From: Phoronis australis
Lineage: Eukaryota > Animalia > Phoronida
Direction: 5' to 3'
DNA: 64,000 nucleotides
Assembly (NCBI GenBank): GCA_002633005.1
Contig: NMRA01000316.1
Location: 263,063-327,062 of the forward strand
A program made the position numbers and the translations under genes. Under the pieces are notes generated by a model that saw only the letters and a program-made list of their open reading frames with translations, was not told the origin of the DNA and made no database searches. Below, piece after piece: positions 37,101 through 49,568 of this stretch (positions within the stretch are counted from its first letter, which is position 1; the number at the start of each line of letters is the position of its first letter).

Positions 37101-40100
37101 AAGTGTAAACAAACTAGTAACGTGTACAAGTACTGATTAGAATTTCTGCTATAAATATAAAGAAGGGTCAATGAATTCGCAGACCGGTCTTGTGGTAATA
37201 CTTACCCATAATCTTAATGCCATTCGTTAACTTTGATACCACTCGAACGTTATTACATCCAAGATTCATCTTTTTGAAATTGACTTTACCGTAAATATTC
37301 ACTGTGGTTTTATTGGCCGTTCATACGAGACCGTCGGATGTGTAACGTATGGTGTTACAAATGTCCCTGTTATTGTTTCAGTCAGTCAATTTTGTGTAAG
37401 CATACGAAACGTAGTATTGGAATTTCATCAATAACACATTTGTGAGTTTATTTACTGTAGAGGAAATACTGTCAAAAATGGACAGAAATATCAAATAATA
37501 GCTCTCAGGGCGACTCATGCATCTAACCCAAACTACCCCAGTCTTCCGCTGCCGTGTCAGAGGACAGTTGTTCCTACTGAGCACACGTGCTGGCTGTGGG
37601 ACAGTTTTGTCAACAATTTTTTTTTACAAATGCGGTGTTCCAACCTTCGCTGTTCACGGCGTGGAGACCTATACTACTGAATGCGCGGTCCTCGGTAAAC
37701 TAACTAGTCCCAAGTAACGACAACGAAAAGAAACCAAGAAGTAACAAAATTAGTTTTAAAGAGTAGAAAATATTTTTAGAAACTAAAACTGTGTCGGACC
37801 AATTATTAAATGTTTGGAAGAAATGGACAAGGAAATCACGAATCTGTCTGTGAACTATTTCGTCAGTTATGAGTCACGTAAACCCAGTGTTCGACCATAA
37901 GCAAATAAACGCACTGGCCCGTCGGGCCATATCATGAATATGAGACCACATCCACATAGGGCTCTGGTATATGTGAAAGTTTGCTGGCCCGGTCACACAT
38001 CCACTGGCCCCGGGCCATCGGGTCAACGCCTATTTCGAACGCTGCCTGAACCTGACGAATTCGTCGTGGGCTGTAGTTTGAAAATGGCCTCACTCTGCCC
38101 TGTGACGAGTTTGTACACTAATTTTGAGAGTGGGTGGCGTAAATTTTAGATGTAGACACAAGAAATTGCCAACACGAACTGTACTGGGCATGCGCATAAA
38201 TTAACAATTACATATCTAGACGCCAACGAAATACGTGGACAAACACAAATAGGAAATAATGGCACTTGAAATTAAGATTTATGAATAAGATGAAATGTCT
38301 TAGTGTAATTAGTAGACAATTCATAGTACATATAATTTATATGAAATTCAGTTACTGCTTGTCTACTGAACATTAGACAACGCTTTTGTAGCAAATAATT
38401 ATGTTTAGGGCGGTTAAATCACGTCTTTTGTGGAATTTTATTCCAAAATTTTACTTATGGCTAGTTTGTACTACATATTACGAAGTCAAAAGTGCAGTAG
38501 AGATCTCCATGCTGTGTTGTTGTTATGGAACATAAAATTATAAAGGATCACAAACGGTTCTATTCACGTGATCTTACAGCCCCAAACTATAGACTGATAT
38601 ATAGTTTATTAACCCCACTTAAAAATCCAAACCATGCGACCCACTTATGCGCGACCCTTGACCCTCATGGCGAATTCAATTTAAATCCAAGCATTCAACT
38701 ATACCATATAACAAAACATTCCGTAGCAAAATCCCATGCAGGCAATTCGTGACTCCAGTGGTGGCAGGCGTAATTTGCAATGACATCGTGAAACATGTCG
38801 CCACCAAGCGTGGTGTCGTCGAAAATGCAGAGTTAGCCATTTCTACTAACGAAGGTGTGACGCTTCTTTGACTTGTAAAATTTAGGCCACGTTGTATTGC
38901 ACGATGTTTCTACTTGTAGTTCCGTGCCTGCTCAAGTAATACTTATCCATTTGTGTTACGCTACATGGGTTGGGTTGTAAACAAGGAGACATTAAGTAAA
39001 CAAAACGCAATGTGTCCGGAAAGGGAAAAAATGACGGAGAAAAATCGCGATGTAACAGTTGCGAGGTCCCCTTAGCATTGTTTGCAGGTAGGATAGTTTG
39101 AAGAGATCGCTGTTCAACGAAAAATGCAAACTCCACCAATAAATCGTCGAGGAGAAAAATCACCCAGCGACTCTTGGCAAGTTATTTAGGACCTAATTTG
39201 GTTCACTTCAGAACATTGTGTCTCAAAATGGTTACTCGGATTCACGATTTATGCACCTTCCGCCAAAACACTTTTGGGAACTGTTTCGGAAATTGTCCAC
39301 TCCTGAGGGGGCTGTTTAACGATTTTTTTCTAAACAAAATAAAAAATTCCATAACAGAAAAACGAAATGTTAAATTATAAAACTGTAACAGCGTATTTGA
39401 GACTTCGTCTTTAGCATTTGTATCAAGCGAGACTTAATCGTGTTATTGTTGCAGTTGTTTTGCTATGAACGTTCCTGATATGATCACGTGACCCAATTAA
39501 TGGGAGATTGTTTACAATAAAATTCTACATGTTTAATACTTTCTGAAAATACGTACTTTTACAAAGTTAAGATCTATAGTTTTGCTGGTATTTGGCTCAA
39601 TATACGGACTTGCCGACATGGCCCTAACATATTAACCTTACCACTTGTCAAAACTATTGTGTTGCAACAGTTAACCCCTTTGTTTATTTCCTTTGCTTCC
39701 CAACAAACGCTGAGAAACCAATCCTCTCTAGCGGAACGAATATGGTAGAGTCTTGATGACCGGAGTCTAATATTGCTGTACTTCGAGAAGTTGCCGAGTC
39801 TAATATTGCTGCAGTTCGAGAAGTTGTCGAGCTAACTGAAAAGGCCAACCGGTGCGTAAAAAAATGGATAGGATCTTCATTTCAGCGTTGAGTTTCGGAT
39901 AGACAGACAATGTCTTAATTTATGGTATAGATGGGTGTACTATTTCCTTTTTGTTATAACTGGATGCCTGGGAGTAATTATTTTCTGGAATATCGATACT
40001 TCGGTAATGAAATCTTCATCAAAGTTTTTCAACAATATTTTATGCTTGAGCAGGTCCATCAACTTCAATATCCATTGCCTTGTTAGTGTTGTCGAAACGA

Positions 40101-43100
40101 AAGTAATAACCTGTATTCATTTAATATTTAAGATCAATAAAATAACTGGTAGAACAAAAAGAAACCTTTGGGCATGTGAGTCTCTGGATACAACTTTTGG
40201 AAAGATATTCGCATGAGCACGGTAAATAACTACCCACTCAAAACGTCTCCCACGTGCTGTATATCCTAATACATATTGTGGCGTTGAACTAAACGACCAA
40301 GAATTCGATTTTAAGAATTGCACTTAATTTATTTTTGTCATTTTACAAAACATGTTTTCTTGAAGAGTATGTTTAATAGGAAAATGTTTTCACTGAATTG
40401 CCTACGTTATTTTCACGAAGTTGTTAAAGGTAATGCATTGAATGAGTAATTGTATAGATAAATTGTTGTATGTTAATATGCAAAATGGAAACTTCCCCAA
40501 TTGCAGTTTTTGTACATTAAATGCAGAGGCAATGACTCGCTCAATTTTTGGGTTCTTCTAACTATTCCTGGAATACATTTTGTGTTAGATATTTTACTGA
40601 CTGTTGCGATACGTCAAGATATATCTTGTGTTTTGTGAAAGGCATTTGGTGGCAAATAACGCACTCAATTGTATTTTTAGCAAGGCACTGTCGATTTAAA
40701 ACAAGGAACTTCTATTAAAACTGTCAGAGGAAGCTCAAGCATTTTTTCGTAGAAAATATGATTTTTTGTCAGAAGCGAGATTATAAAGAAATAGAATCCA
40801 AGTTCTTCGTCAAAGTTTTACAAACGATCTTCTCCCTTTTTGTCTAATAGTGAATGTTAACATGGTGTATAAAGCGACATTTTCGCTTCACTGAAAAAGC
40901 GATTTTTAACCACTTCATCCAAAATCAAAAGGGAAACCATGCTCTTTCAAAACATTTTTTTTAAATAAAACACATAATCCAGTGTTCAGTTTTTAAGGTT
41001 ATTTTCAAATCTGATAGTACACGCATCAAGGGTGATGAATAAGGGTGACTATCAAACGTAATGAAAGCAATTGCATAGATAATCACAGGACAAATTTTCC
41101 TATTTTTAATGTGTTTCATTCGATGAACTAAATAATAACTTGTTGACAAAAAGGAACGAGTTGTCAATTATTTTTGTGCTGGTAACCAGCTCTCTAAAAT
41201 ATTTACAAAAGCAAACAATGTTGCAAAATAACTATTTTTCATATTGATATAATTAATGATTTATTTTCGACACGTTCCTAATATTCCAAAGCATTTACAA
41301 TGTATTATCGTGCTATTACGATAATTCTACAATTGCGTATATTTAATTTACCAGTAAATTATTTACGATTAGGCCGACACTGACTTGACAAAATAACACG
41401 ATATAATTATTGAGTCAAGGTTTAATGGTGGTAATTAATGCATAGTGGGGTATTTATTTCTCAATCAAATAATTTACTACAACGTTTGTATTTTTGTAAA
41501 CTTCATTTACGTTAGTCTCCAACTATTCCGCGCGCTCCGCCCTAGTGCATGCGCCACGGAAATGTTTTGATCATTAATTACAAATTGTGTCTTTCACAAA
41601 AAATGTTTTGGTTGTGAAACAAGACCAACAATTTGGAGCCATGAAAACGTCAGAAACAAGTTAATGATGACAATGATTATCATCGTATTAAGGTGACATT
41701 ATCCGGGAGAATAGTAATTTCTGATATGAATGACTTACCTTGGACTTCTTGCGCGCAACCAACCTAAAATATGGGGAGCTCAAATTTTTGAGAACGTGGA
41801 CCTTTTACTGAGTTTCACGGGGTACGTTCAGAGCTATGAATTGTGAATTCGCAGAGCTTTGGTAGTTCCTGCGGTTATAGTGGACTTTTGTGTCGTTTTC
41901 TCCTTTGTTCGGAGTATTTGTTTCTCTAAGGATGACATTTTTGTCCACTTCGCCAAATGGGGCACGCATGGACTTGAACCTGGACTCCTGTGGTGGTAGG
42001 CAAACGCCCTGTTGGCCTCTAAGTCTCATTCGATAATGGTTAGCAGGGGCGGATCCAGGATTCTGATTAAGGGGGCCAGGGTAGAATATTAGCTAGGATT
42101 TCGCCCATCAGACATTCGCACCCACCACTTGCCAAATTGAATATGGAAGAATTATAAGGGGACCATGGCGCCCTTGCCTCCCCCCTAAATCCGTCACTGG
42201 TTAGACGTTTTTAAGCAAACTTAAATGTTAAATTCACCACCTTTGATCTCAGTGAATGTCTGGCTGACGACGTCGAGAATTCAAGCTATTTGTAATTTCA
42301 AAAAACACAAAGAGGTTTTGTTTGTTTTGTTGGTCCGGTCAACTAATAGCTTCACGAAGTCTATCCCACTCAACAATAATAACAGAAATGCGTTTTTTTC
42401 GGTCGTAATGTCCCTTTAAAAGAGGTATGATAACAATGGAGGCAACGGTTATGAAAAATACATTTAATATGATTTTTGTCGAGGAGAAGAAAAGATTTAA
42501 GAAAACGATCTTAGTGCGCGTATTCTTTAACAAGTAGTCAGTACTCCATAGACGAGTTTTTAAACTATGATACTACCACGGACAACAAAACTATGCATTA
42601 AACCAATCGATAATTTACAACACAGCCGAGTTTCTGCAGCCTTATTAGAAGAGTTGAATTCAGACTTAAAAACGACATGCTCGGGCCCTGTGAAGAGTGG
42701 CCGCACACACCGTGCTGAATATTTTTGTCAGTACGACTCGCCGTAGTAAAATAAAACACATTTTTAAATTAACCCCCGGTTTTGGGGAAAACTATGTAAA
42801 TTCGTCAGACCAATCTATGACAATGTCTTCAAGTAATTGAATCACCGACGACAGGCAACATTTTACTGTCTATACAGTAAGTAGGTTCTCGGTTAATAAA
42901 CATTTAAAAGCGTAAGTAGCGTCCAATCGCCACTTCAAAGTGTAAGTAGCGTCCAACCGCCACTTCTAGAGTCGGCGAGAATATGCATTCCTGAGAGCCC
43001 CACGAAGTTCGATTTCCAATGTCAAAATCACACTGGAATAGAACGACTTTTCGGAAAAGCATTCAATCGGAGAAATAAAATTCATGATTGCCAACTTTTC

Positions 43101-46100
43101 TTACTACAAAACCGTGGAAAATGACCTCACTCGGCGATTCTCATGAACACCAGTTGCAGACAAAAATAGCAACCTACACAGGAAATGATGTCAAGAAACA
43201 TGACACCGACAAGAAAACGCCCTGGATATGGCTTCAAGCCTCGCATCTCGATGTTTGGTTTTGAAAATCATCATTTGAATTTAGCACGAAATACAACGAT
43301 TGTCAAACACCGTAAAACATATTGATTACTGTAACACCTTTGACTTTGAGTCCAGTGGGTTTTGCTAAGCTTTCGTTTATTTTATAACGAATAGCCTTCG
43401 TGTCGTTTGATCTAGATGATGTTTTTAATATTGGGATTTCAGATGGGCATGTTTTTAATTGACAATGCGATCATTTGACCGCCAACGCACAGCTCGATAA
43501 GCATAGAATTAATTTGCTTTATATCGATCATGTGAAACTACTGGGCAATGCATAAATTACATCCGGGAGGAGCACGACGCAAGTTTGGTTTGGGTTTCGA
43601 ACTTTCGTGTTATGAGGTGCTGGTTCGCATTTGGGTTTTCTTGCACAGTGGCGGATTTAGAGGGGGCCAAGGGGGCCATGGCCCCCCTAAAACTCTCCCA
43701 GAATCCATTCGGCAGTTCGGGGGTGCGAATGTCTGACGGGCACAATGCTGGCTAATACTCTGCCCTGCCCCCCCGAACTAAAAATCCTGGATCCGCCCCT
43801 AATGCAGGTTATTCGGGTGAGGAGTAGATTGTCTAATGTGCATCATGTACCTGTACGTGGCGACATTATATTATTTAAATGCGCGAAAGACAGCGCCGGA
43901 TAATACAACGCTACAACGTCAGGCCCCGGAACAAACCAGGGCAGTCGACTAACACGCTTCACATGCCCGTTTGTGCCTTATTGTGAAACATGAACAAAAA
44001 AATTGCGTTGTGAAAAAAGGTTCGATCGGGACAGCTAGAAAATACTGTGGCAAACATTGAGGGGCAGGTCTAACTTTTTGACGACTAAGGAAGCATCTTG
44101 ATGAACTCTTTCAGAAATTTTACGGTTCCCGAGAGAAATCCGACATCGGCGAAAGAGGGCGAAAATGGAATGAACGAAACGAGACGGTGGTCACCATGGA
44201 AACCTGAACGCATAGCATCAACACATTTACAGACTATGATAATAGACTAAGAACGACTAAGATTACATCCGATTAAAAATGTTCCTTACAGTTTACCTGT
44301 GCCATCGGCTTTAATCCCAATCGCTGCATTCTGAAGGGCGTGTGACACATCTCACATGTTGTTCGGCCGCTGGTTTGCAACCACGTGACCAGACAGTTTT
44401 GATGACTGCAAAGACATGGTGTCCAGTCAGTCAGTTTCAATGTTGGACGAGCTTGTCTGCGATGATTTACCGACAACTAAGTCACTACAATCCCTCTTTC
44501 CAAAACAAAAATGTTGACTTTTACCACCTACTCTACTGGTCTCAAATTGTTCCCTAGTCATAGTAGGCCTAAGTGCGATTTCTGAGCTCTGACAGTGGTG
44601 ACAGCTCGTTGTTGGTCCGTACTAGTCTCTACAAGTTGGCTTGTCGTTTTATTCGTCGTGCATCTCCAGCAATGACGAACAGACAGATCTTTGCAATCTC
44701 GTCTGATTAAGGAAGAAGTTCAAACCACTTTCATGGCGGTATTTGTGAATGACCAGTGGAAAATTGTTGAAACTAAAATTTTCCTAATTTGTAAACTCAA
44801 TGCTATTTAATTAATTCAATCTCATTTAAAATAAAAATCAATCATATTTTGTAAATTCAATGCAATTCAATCAATTCAATCCCATTTAAAATAAAATCAA
44901 TCTTATTTTGAAAATTCAATCGATGTTTATATAAATTCAACCCTAATTTATAAATTTATTCTATTTGATCAGTTTAATCCTATTCAAAATATTCATTGCG
45001 ACTTGATAAAATCAATGTTTTGCAGATACAGTCAACAAGCAAAACGATCTCGCTTTGAGAATTCAATCCTGTCGTCGATTAACAAAACTACCTACAGAAT
45101 GCTACGAAAGGAAATCGATCTTGCTTTGAGAATTCAATCTTGTCGGCAATTAACAAAACTAATTTTGATACGAAACGAAATTTACTTGTTTTGAGTGGTC
45201 TAAAGTAAAAATAATTTTTCTTTCCCGGAACGTGGGTTTATTGCCGCTTTAAACTGTCGCACTTTCAAAACCCAGACGAACGAAATACCTGGGCAAGCGG
45301 CAAAATTGTTAACAATAGCAACTGACGAAATCCTCACGAATCCGAAACACCATCACAAGCAGTACTCACCTTACGCAATGGGACGCCAAAATACCCTTCT
45401 CAGACGACACTTGAGGACAAAGACAACACGGATGACATCTTTGTGTACAAAATACCCACCCGGTGATACCTAAGAGGCTAAAATACCCACCGGTGATACC
45501 TAGAGGACATAATACCCAGTCGGGTCCGGCGATGCCAAAACACCCTGACCTGAGTCCGGTGTAACTAAGGAGCCAAAATACCCAGCAGAGTTGACGGCTT
45601 GTTCTTACCAATCATTTTTAAGGGAAAGCCACGCCCGGAAGTAGGTAATCACGCCAACGGAGTGTACTAAATGGGGCTAATGAAAATCACTTACTTTAAT
45701 TCTGGTTTCGTCTCGAGTTCAGTTTTCTAAAAATGTTATGAACTACATGTCCTCCTGTCAAAATAAACTCGCGCCGCTTACGCGTCTGTAACTTTAATCT
45801 CAACGACGTCTTTGTGGAAAGAAAGTTACAGTTTGTTTTCATTTTACAACAAATTAACTTAATTGTCACGGCGGGTATACAAAATCTCAAGGAACACGTT
45901 GACGTCAGTTTTTTACGGCCAGTAAGAGGAATAACTTTAAAAATATTTTGGTAGAAAGTGGATTTATACTAATTAACGAAAAGTTACAGTTTGTTTTTAT
46001 TTGACAACAAATTTACTTAATTGTCACGGCGGGTCTACAATCTCAAGCAACACGTTGACGCCATTTTTACGGCCAGTAAGAGGCCTAAATTTAAGAATAT

Positions 46101-46289
46101 TTTTGGTAGAAGGTGGGTTTATTCTAATTAATTAAAAGACATTCAATGTGTACGATTAGAAGCTGTCACTGAAGTTGTGACGTATACGTAACATTGTTAC
46201 CTGAATTCCACGCTTCCTCTACAAGCACATGGTCGAATGAATGGTGCCTGTTCACAGTCGTCCTGACAAATTCTACAGAGTTCATCCAT
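30822..46289 (-). CDS. Membrane-associated RING-CH E3 ubiquitin ligase, MARCHF4/9/11-like, whole gene: join(complement 46201..46289,44297..44405,32811..32964,32197..32388,30822..31111), about 277 aa
   Basis: C4HC3 RING-CH (CRIC...PCACRGSVEFSHQNCLVTWL...CEMC) followed by two TM helices. The motifs SVSWLVWS, LPLDLLCVLI and WRRRNEQVVLLEY parallel the MARCHF4/9/11 motifs SISWLIWS, FMDVVCIGL and WQAVNQQWKVLNY (recalled). Phases are consistent; AATAAA lies on the minus strand at 30727-30732. Confidence 0.88.
31620..31715. mobile_element. Palindromic element remnant (related partial copy near 31336-31390)
   Basis: Hairpin gcagtgctgcc-cgaggtc-ttc-ggcctca-tggcagcattgc. The downstream ctcggtccat..gat/gac..gtatcac motif recurs at about 31354-31380. 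Confidence 0.5.
32197..32388 (-). CDS. MARCH-like coding exon 4 (TM2 and juxtamembrane)
   Basis: (G)FHFGYSLGGVMVAIYLPLDLLCVLIAGLEFWFVVMPLHQNWRRRNEQVVLLEYVPGTRYVKKS; acceptor gtgtcacag, donor gtattg; 192 nt. Confidence 0.88.
32811..32964 (-). CDS. MARCH-like coding exon 3 (TM1)
   Basis: WKCPHINCNLAMHLTLFLLCVVFLVLSVSWLVWSRVVVTRGLRFQQIMNDQ; strong poly-T acceptor, donor gtgagt; 154 nt. Confidence 0.9.
35165..35411. mobile_element. PIF/Harbinger-type MITE
   Basis: TIR agacccgttccagcaaaactgact / agtcagtttcttggaacaggccc; 3-bp TSD cag/cag; AT-rich interior with internal inverted symmetry. Confidence 0.7.
35792..36057. mobile_element. hAT-like MITE (gccccggg subterminal repeats)
   Basis: Repeated gccccgggcatc motifs and 3' end gcacgccattg; the left terminus is degenerate. 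Confidence 0.45.
36489..36634. mobile_element. hAT-like MITE, catgggcggcg family
   Basis: catgggcggcgta ... tgcgccgccca; similar to 2226-2333. Confidence 0.55.
37885..38044. mobile_element. hAT-type MITE with 8-bp TSD
   Basis: TIR cagtgttcga / tcgaacgctg; subterminal actggcccg repeats; flanks cgtaaacc/cctgaacc (6/8 match). Confidence 0.65.
39763..39830. repeat. Tandem duplication, 2 x about 33 bp
   Basis: gagtctaatattgctg(t/c)a(c/g)ttcgagaagttg twice. Confidence 0.8.
41780..42030 (-). mobile_element. tRNA-derived SINE remnant
   Basis: Minus strand reads GGCGTTTGCCTACCACCACAGGAGTCCAGGTTCAAGTCC, a Pol III B-box (41970-41980) in a tRNA-like head without a complete cloverleaf. The 3' extent is approximate. 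Confidence 0.45.
42044..42199. mobile_element. hAT-type MITE, ggcggat family, perfect 5-bp TSD
   Basis: caggggcggatccagg ... cctaaatccgtcactg; flanks gttag/gttag. Confidence 0.75.
42912..42966. repeat. Tandem duplication, 2 x 30 bp
   Basis: gtaagtagcgtccaa(t/c)cgccacttc twice. Confidence 0.8.
43646..43801. mobile_element. hAT-type MITE, ggcggat family, 5-bp TSD
   Basis: cagtggcggatttag ... ctggatccgcccct; flanks ttgca/atgca. Confidence 0.7.
44297..44405 (-). CDS. MARCH-like coding exon 2 (second half of RING-CH)
   Basis: (S)HQNCLVTWLQTSGRTTCEMCHTPFRMQRLGLKPMAQ; acceptor gtctttgcag, donor gtaaac; 109 nt. Confidence 0.92.
44785..45195. repeat. Degenerate AT-rich tandem repeats (aaattcaat motif; about 60-70 bp units)
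   Basis: Repeated tttgtaaa(c/t)tcaatgc..ttcaatc..atttaaaataaaa and gctttgagaattcaatc(c/t)tgtcg..ttaacaaaacta. Confidence 0.6.
45385..45585. repeat. Degenerate tandem repeat of about 30 bp (aaataccc...)
   Basis: aaatacccacc(c)ggtgataccta repeated, with variants at about 45388, 45450, 45481, 45511, 45537 and 45575. Confidence 0.65.
45822..46131. repeat. Tandem duplication, 2 x about 158 bp
   Basis: aaagttacagtttgtttt...ttaattgtcacggcgggt...aacacgttgacg...ttttacggccagtaagagg...tattttggtagaa at 45822 and 45980. Confidence 0.85.
46201..46289 (-). CDS. MARCH-like coding exon 1 (first half of RING-CH)
   Basis: MDELCRICQDDCEQAPFIRPCACRGSVEF; donor AG|gtaac. The frame stays open back to acceptors near 46336/46343, so an N-terminal extension is possible. 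Confidence 0.88.
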
Positions 46290-48917
46290 AGCTAGCTCGC
46301 CACTTGCTGACGCCCTGTCTGGCCCAACACGGAAACTGAGGACTGAAATGCGGTTGGGTATTTCAATATCCCAAAATTGCCATTTTAAAATAACACGTTT
46401 TTGTGAAAACACAATATAGTTTAACATTATTTGTCTGTTTAATAACAATGTATGAAACATTCAGCCACAATTAAGTAGCAGGTGCATTTATATTCAAAGA
46501 TAGGTATACTGGACTTCCATTTTCTCTGAAGGATCTACAGTAAATGCAAATTACAATAATGACTTGTTTCTTTTCAATTTAAAGACGCTATAAACCGTGA
46601 TATGTTCTTGTCAAAAACGATTTTGTTTACACAGGCAGGCACAGGCGGCGTTCCAAGCAATTACTGTACGTCATCCGGTCCTTATCCGTAATACCAGTGG
46701 ATTGAAATTAGTTGCACCACAACGCTTGGAATTCTAGCGATTTGGCGGCTGAGACTAACTCGTCGCAACAAACAAACCCGGTTTTAAAAAAGGTTGCATG
46801 AAGCAATGACGAACTGCCAACCACTTCGCCGGAATCTGACCATGGACCAAATGAGCACGAGATTTTATAATGGTATTTTTACCTGAAACTAGAATTGAAG
46901 TTTTTGACATAAGGTGCTGGTTTGTTGTCCGGCAAAGACGTACGTGTAGTCCATAACGTCAACAACTGGCATGGGTTATACCCAAAGTTGGTGAAATGTT
47001 TATGTGTCATTTGAAATGCATTTACTAACATTTCAGGATTTCGGGCTCACTTTGAAACGTCCGAATAAACCACGGAATCTGGATATGCTTTATACATTTC
47101 ACTATTGATTTAAACTAGACATACTTCTTTATTTCTTTTCGTCGGCTTATAATGTTGAATTTGAGAAATAGACATATCTAAATTACGAATTTTCTTTAAA
47201 TACTGCCCGATAAGGAGCACGTATTTTTACGTTTTTGCATTTTTTACAATTTTTAACTATAATGTTCGGCCATGTCAGTCATCTTTTGAGCGCCGGCCGT
47301 TTCGTAATACCACATCCCCATTGGAAATTCAAAAAATAAATTATCAAACAGAAATTAGTTCTTTTTGAAAAAAAATGGTGTGGTGAAAGAAAATAAATTT
47401 AGGCTATAATCATTTCATGAAAACTTGTCATTTAAAATCTCTGTGGTTAGCAGAAAATATAAACAATATCGCACGTAGAATTATGTTAAACTTTAGGCAG
47501 CAGATGTGTCTCTCAAGATCGACATGCATGCAACCTGTGCCTGTAAAAAGATGCCTCAGTATCAAAGATTAATCTTCTCCTAAAATAGACTAATGTACAA
47601 CATTCATTGCGCTCAAACTTTTTCATGGAAAATAAGCAGTTATTTTTGGTCCGCGCTCATCCAACCTTCGTTTCCACGAATTCATTTGCACGTACACAAA
47701 GGAACGACATGAGAGATTCTGATTCCTATCGTCATTTTTCAAAAATGTCCATAACATCTCGGACATTGCATATGTTCCAGAAGATATTAATTTGATACTC
47801 TTTACAGACACTGTTTCCTTGACATTTACTAGTTTAGTAAGAAGGGTAAGTTTTGTTACTCGAAAGATATTACAAATATATAACCCTTTCGTAACTTTGA
47901 CAGCCCTGTTTGTGTCTGCTTTGTTTTGCTATTGTTTTCTTATATTTTTTTGAGAAGTGGTTGGATATTCTGCACTAATCTCGTTACATACGGCGGCAAT
48001 TGAAAGAGTGCACGCAGTGCACGAGTCAGTTGTCACTCACTACCGTGACGGCGGCCACTTTACGTATTGCTCTACCACCAAAAATAAAAACTTTAAACTA
48101 AGACTTCCCATTGATTCAGTTAAGTTTGGAAATATTTGGAGTTTTGTTGAATTACCATTATTAGGGCTTCAGTATCTACTGAACTAAGTGCATGCGTTAA
48201 AATCTGTTTCATGAAGTGTTTAACTAAGTGAAGCCGAAAGTGGCGTTAAATCATTTATTTTGCAATGATTCAGTAAACATGGCGCACATGATTATTGTAT
48301 GATTGTTTTCCTAATTGTTTGTTCATTTCCTTGCTGTACTAACTAGAGTCCGTCAGTACCGTTTAGAGAATATAATCAACAACACGTTTTACAATTTACA
48401 TAGCGACGGATCTGTGTGAATTTACACGGTTAAGACATTTAGTGAGTTTTTGATCGGCGTTAGAAAGCAGTGATATCATGACGAACTGAAATAATGTCCA
48501 GGTAGGATCAGCCTAGCATTCAGTTCAAAATGAAACGCTCTGCCCATTCAGAAACTTATGATGTCTGCTGTTCATCACCAAAAGTTGCAGACCGTAGGCA
48601 AAGATATGACAGTTACACAGTATCTCTGTCGTACGTAAACTGTATGAACGCAGCACAAGCCAACAAGCATCTGTGGAAAACCTTGGGTTTGAGAGTAATA
48701 TTATATTGGTCTTAGGAATAAGCTGAGTCTCTTAATACTCCAGCCTACTTTGAACAGAGCCGGAGGAACGCACTCAAAACGGCAAGTGTGATGCTGAGAT
48801 TCATCATGAGAAAAACAGACTTGCAATGACGAAGGTTCGCCAAATGTAATCCTGCTACGCGTAAACAAAATTAGGTCACTAACCTCACTGCGTCTTGGAA
48901 AATAAGCGTCATGTCTA

Positions 48918-48925
48918 TGACGTCA
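48918..48925. promoter_or_regulatory. Full palindromic CRE (TGACGTCA) upstream of CREB1
   Basis: Exact TGACGTCA, with a CGTCA half-site about 10 bp upstream. Confidence 0.55.
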
Positions 48926-49156
48926 ATAATGATCATGGTTTGGAGAGGTTTATTGTTACAACTGGGGTACGCAAGTGTTCGGAATTTGTGGACGTTGGTG
49001 GCAATTCTCAATACTTAATCCTAATGACTGGCACGTGTTATGTTACCTTGTTTTAGACTTTATTTTTTTCAAAGTACTTCAATGTTCAATAATCCCTTGT
49101 TATAATGTGCAATTATTCCTACAAATGCACCCCTTCTTGTTCAATTTTAGACTTAC

Positions 49157-49568
49157 CTTAGCAATTTGTCGAATATTCTTGCGCCACTAAAATGGTTCAC
49201 TCGGAAGGAAATAGGAAATGATACATTTTCAAAACGCTCTCTCTTTCTGAAAGAGACATTGTATTAGTTAAATGTATTTTGCTTCTACGAACACTTTATA
49301 TTTCATATAGTTACTTATCAACACAAGGCATTTTTCATTTTTCACCCTGCCTTTCCTGCGAAGTTAATGTCGCCTTTGACCCTAACGTCGACCAATGAAA
49401 ACGTGTCAATTATATCAACGCGCTTTGATATTGCATTATGCATTATGTGATGCGGCCTTGTTGTTCTTAGTCGTGACGCTTTTCGTGTACTTTGACGTGG
49501 ACACTACGTATTCTGCAATTTCATCCAGTCCGATTGCGGCAAAATTGGTGACGAAAAGTACGTAACTG
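49157..49568. promoter_or_regulatory. Candidate bidirectional promoter with divergent non-coding first exons (MARCH-like, minus; CREB1, plus)
   Basis: Consensus donor AAG|gtaagt on the minus strand (exon end 49157) and CTG|gtgagt on the plus strand (exon end 49568). CCAAT near 49392 and TGACG half-CREs near 49474, 49493 and 49549. CpG-rich compared with the CREB gene body. Confidence 0.55.

Noticed and set aside
41960-42030. Possible tRNA gene
   Set aside because: A B-box is present but there is no complete acceptor stem or cloverleaf; treated as a SINE head.
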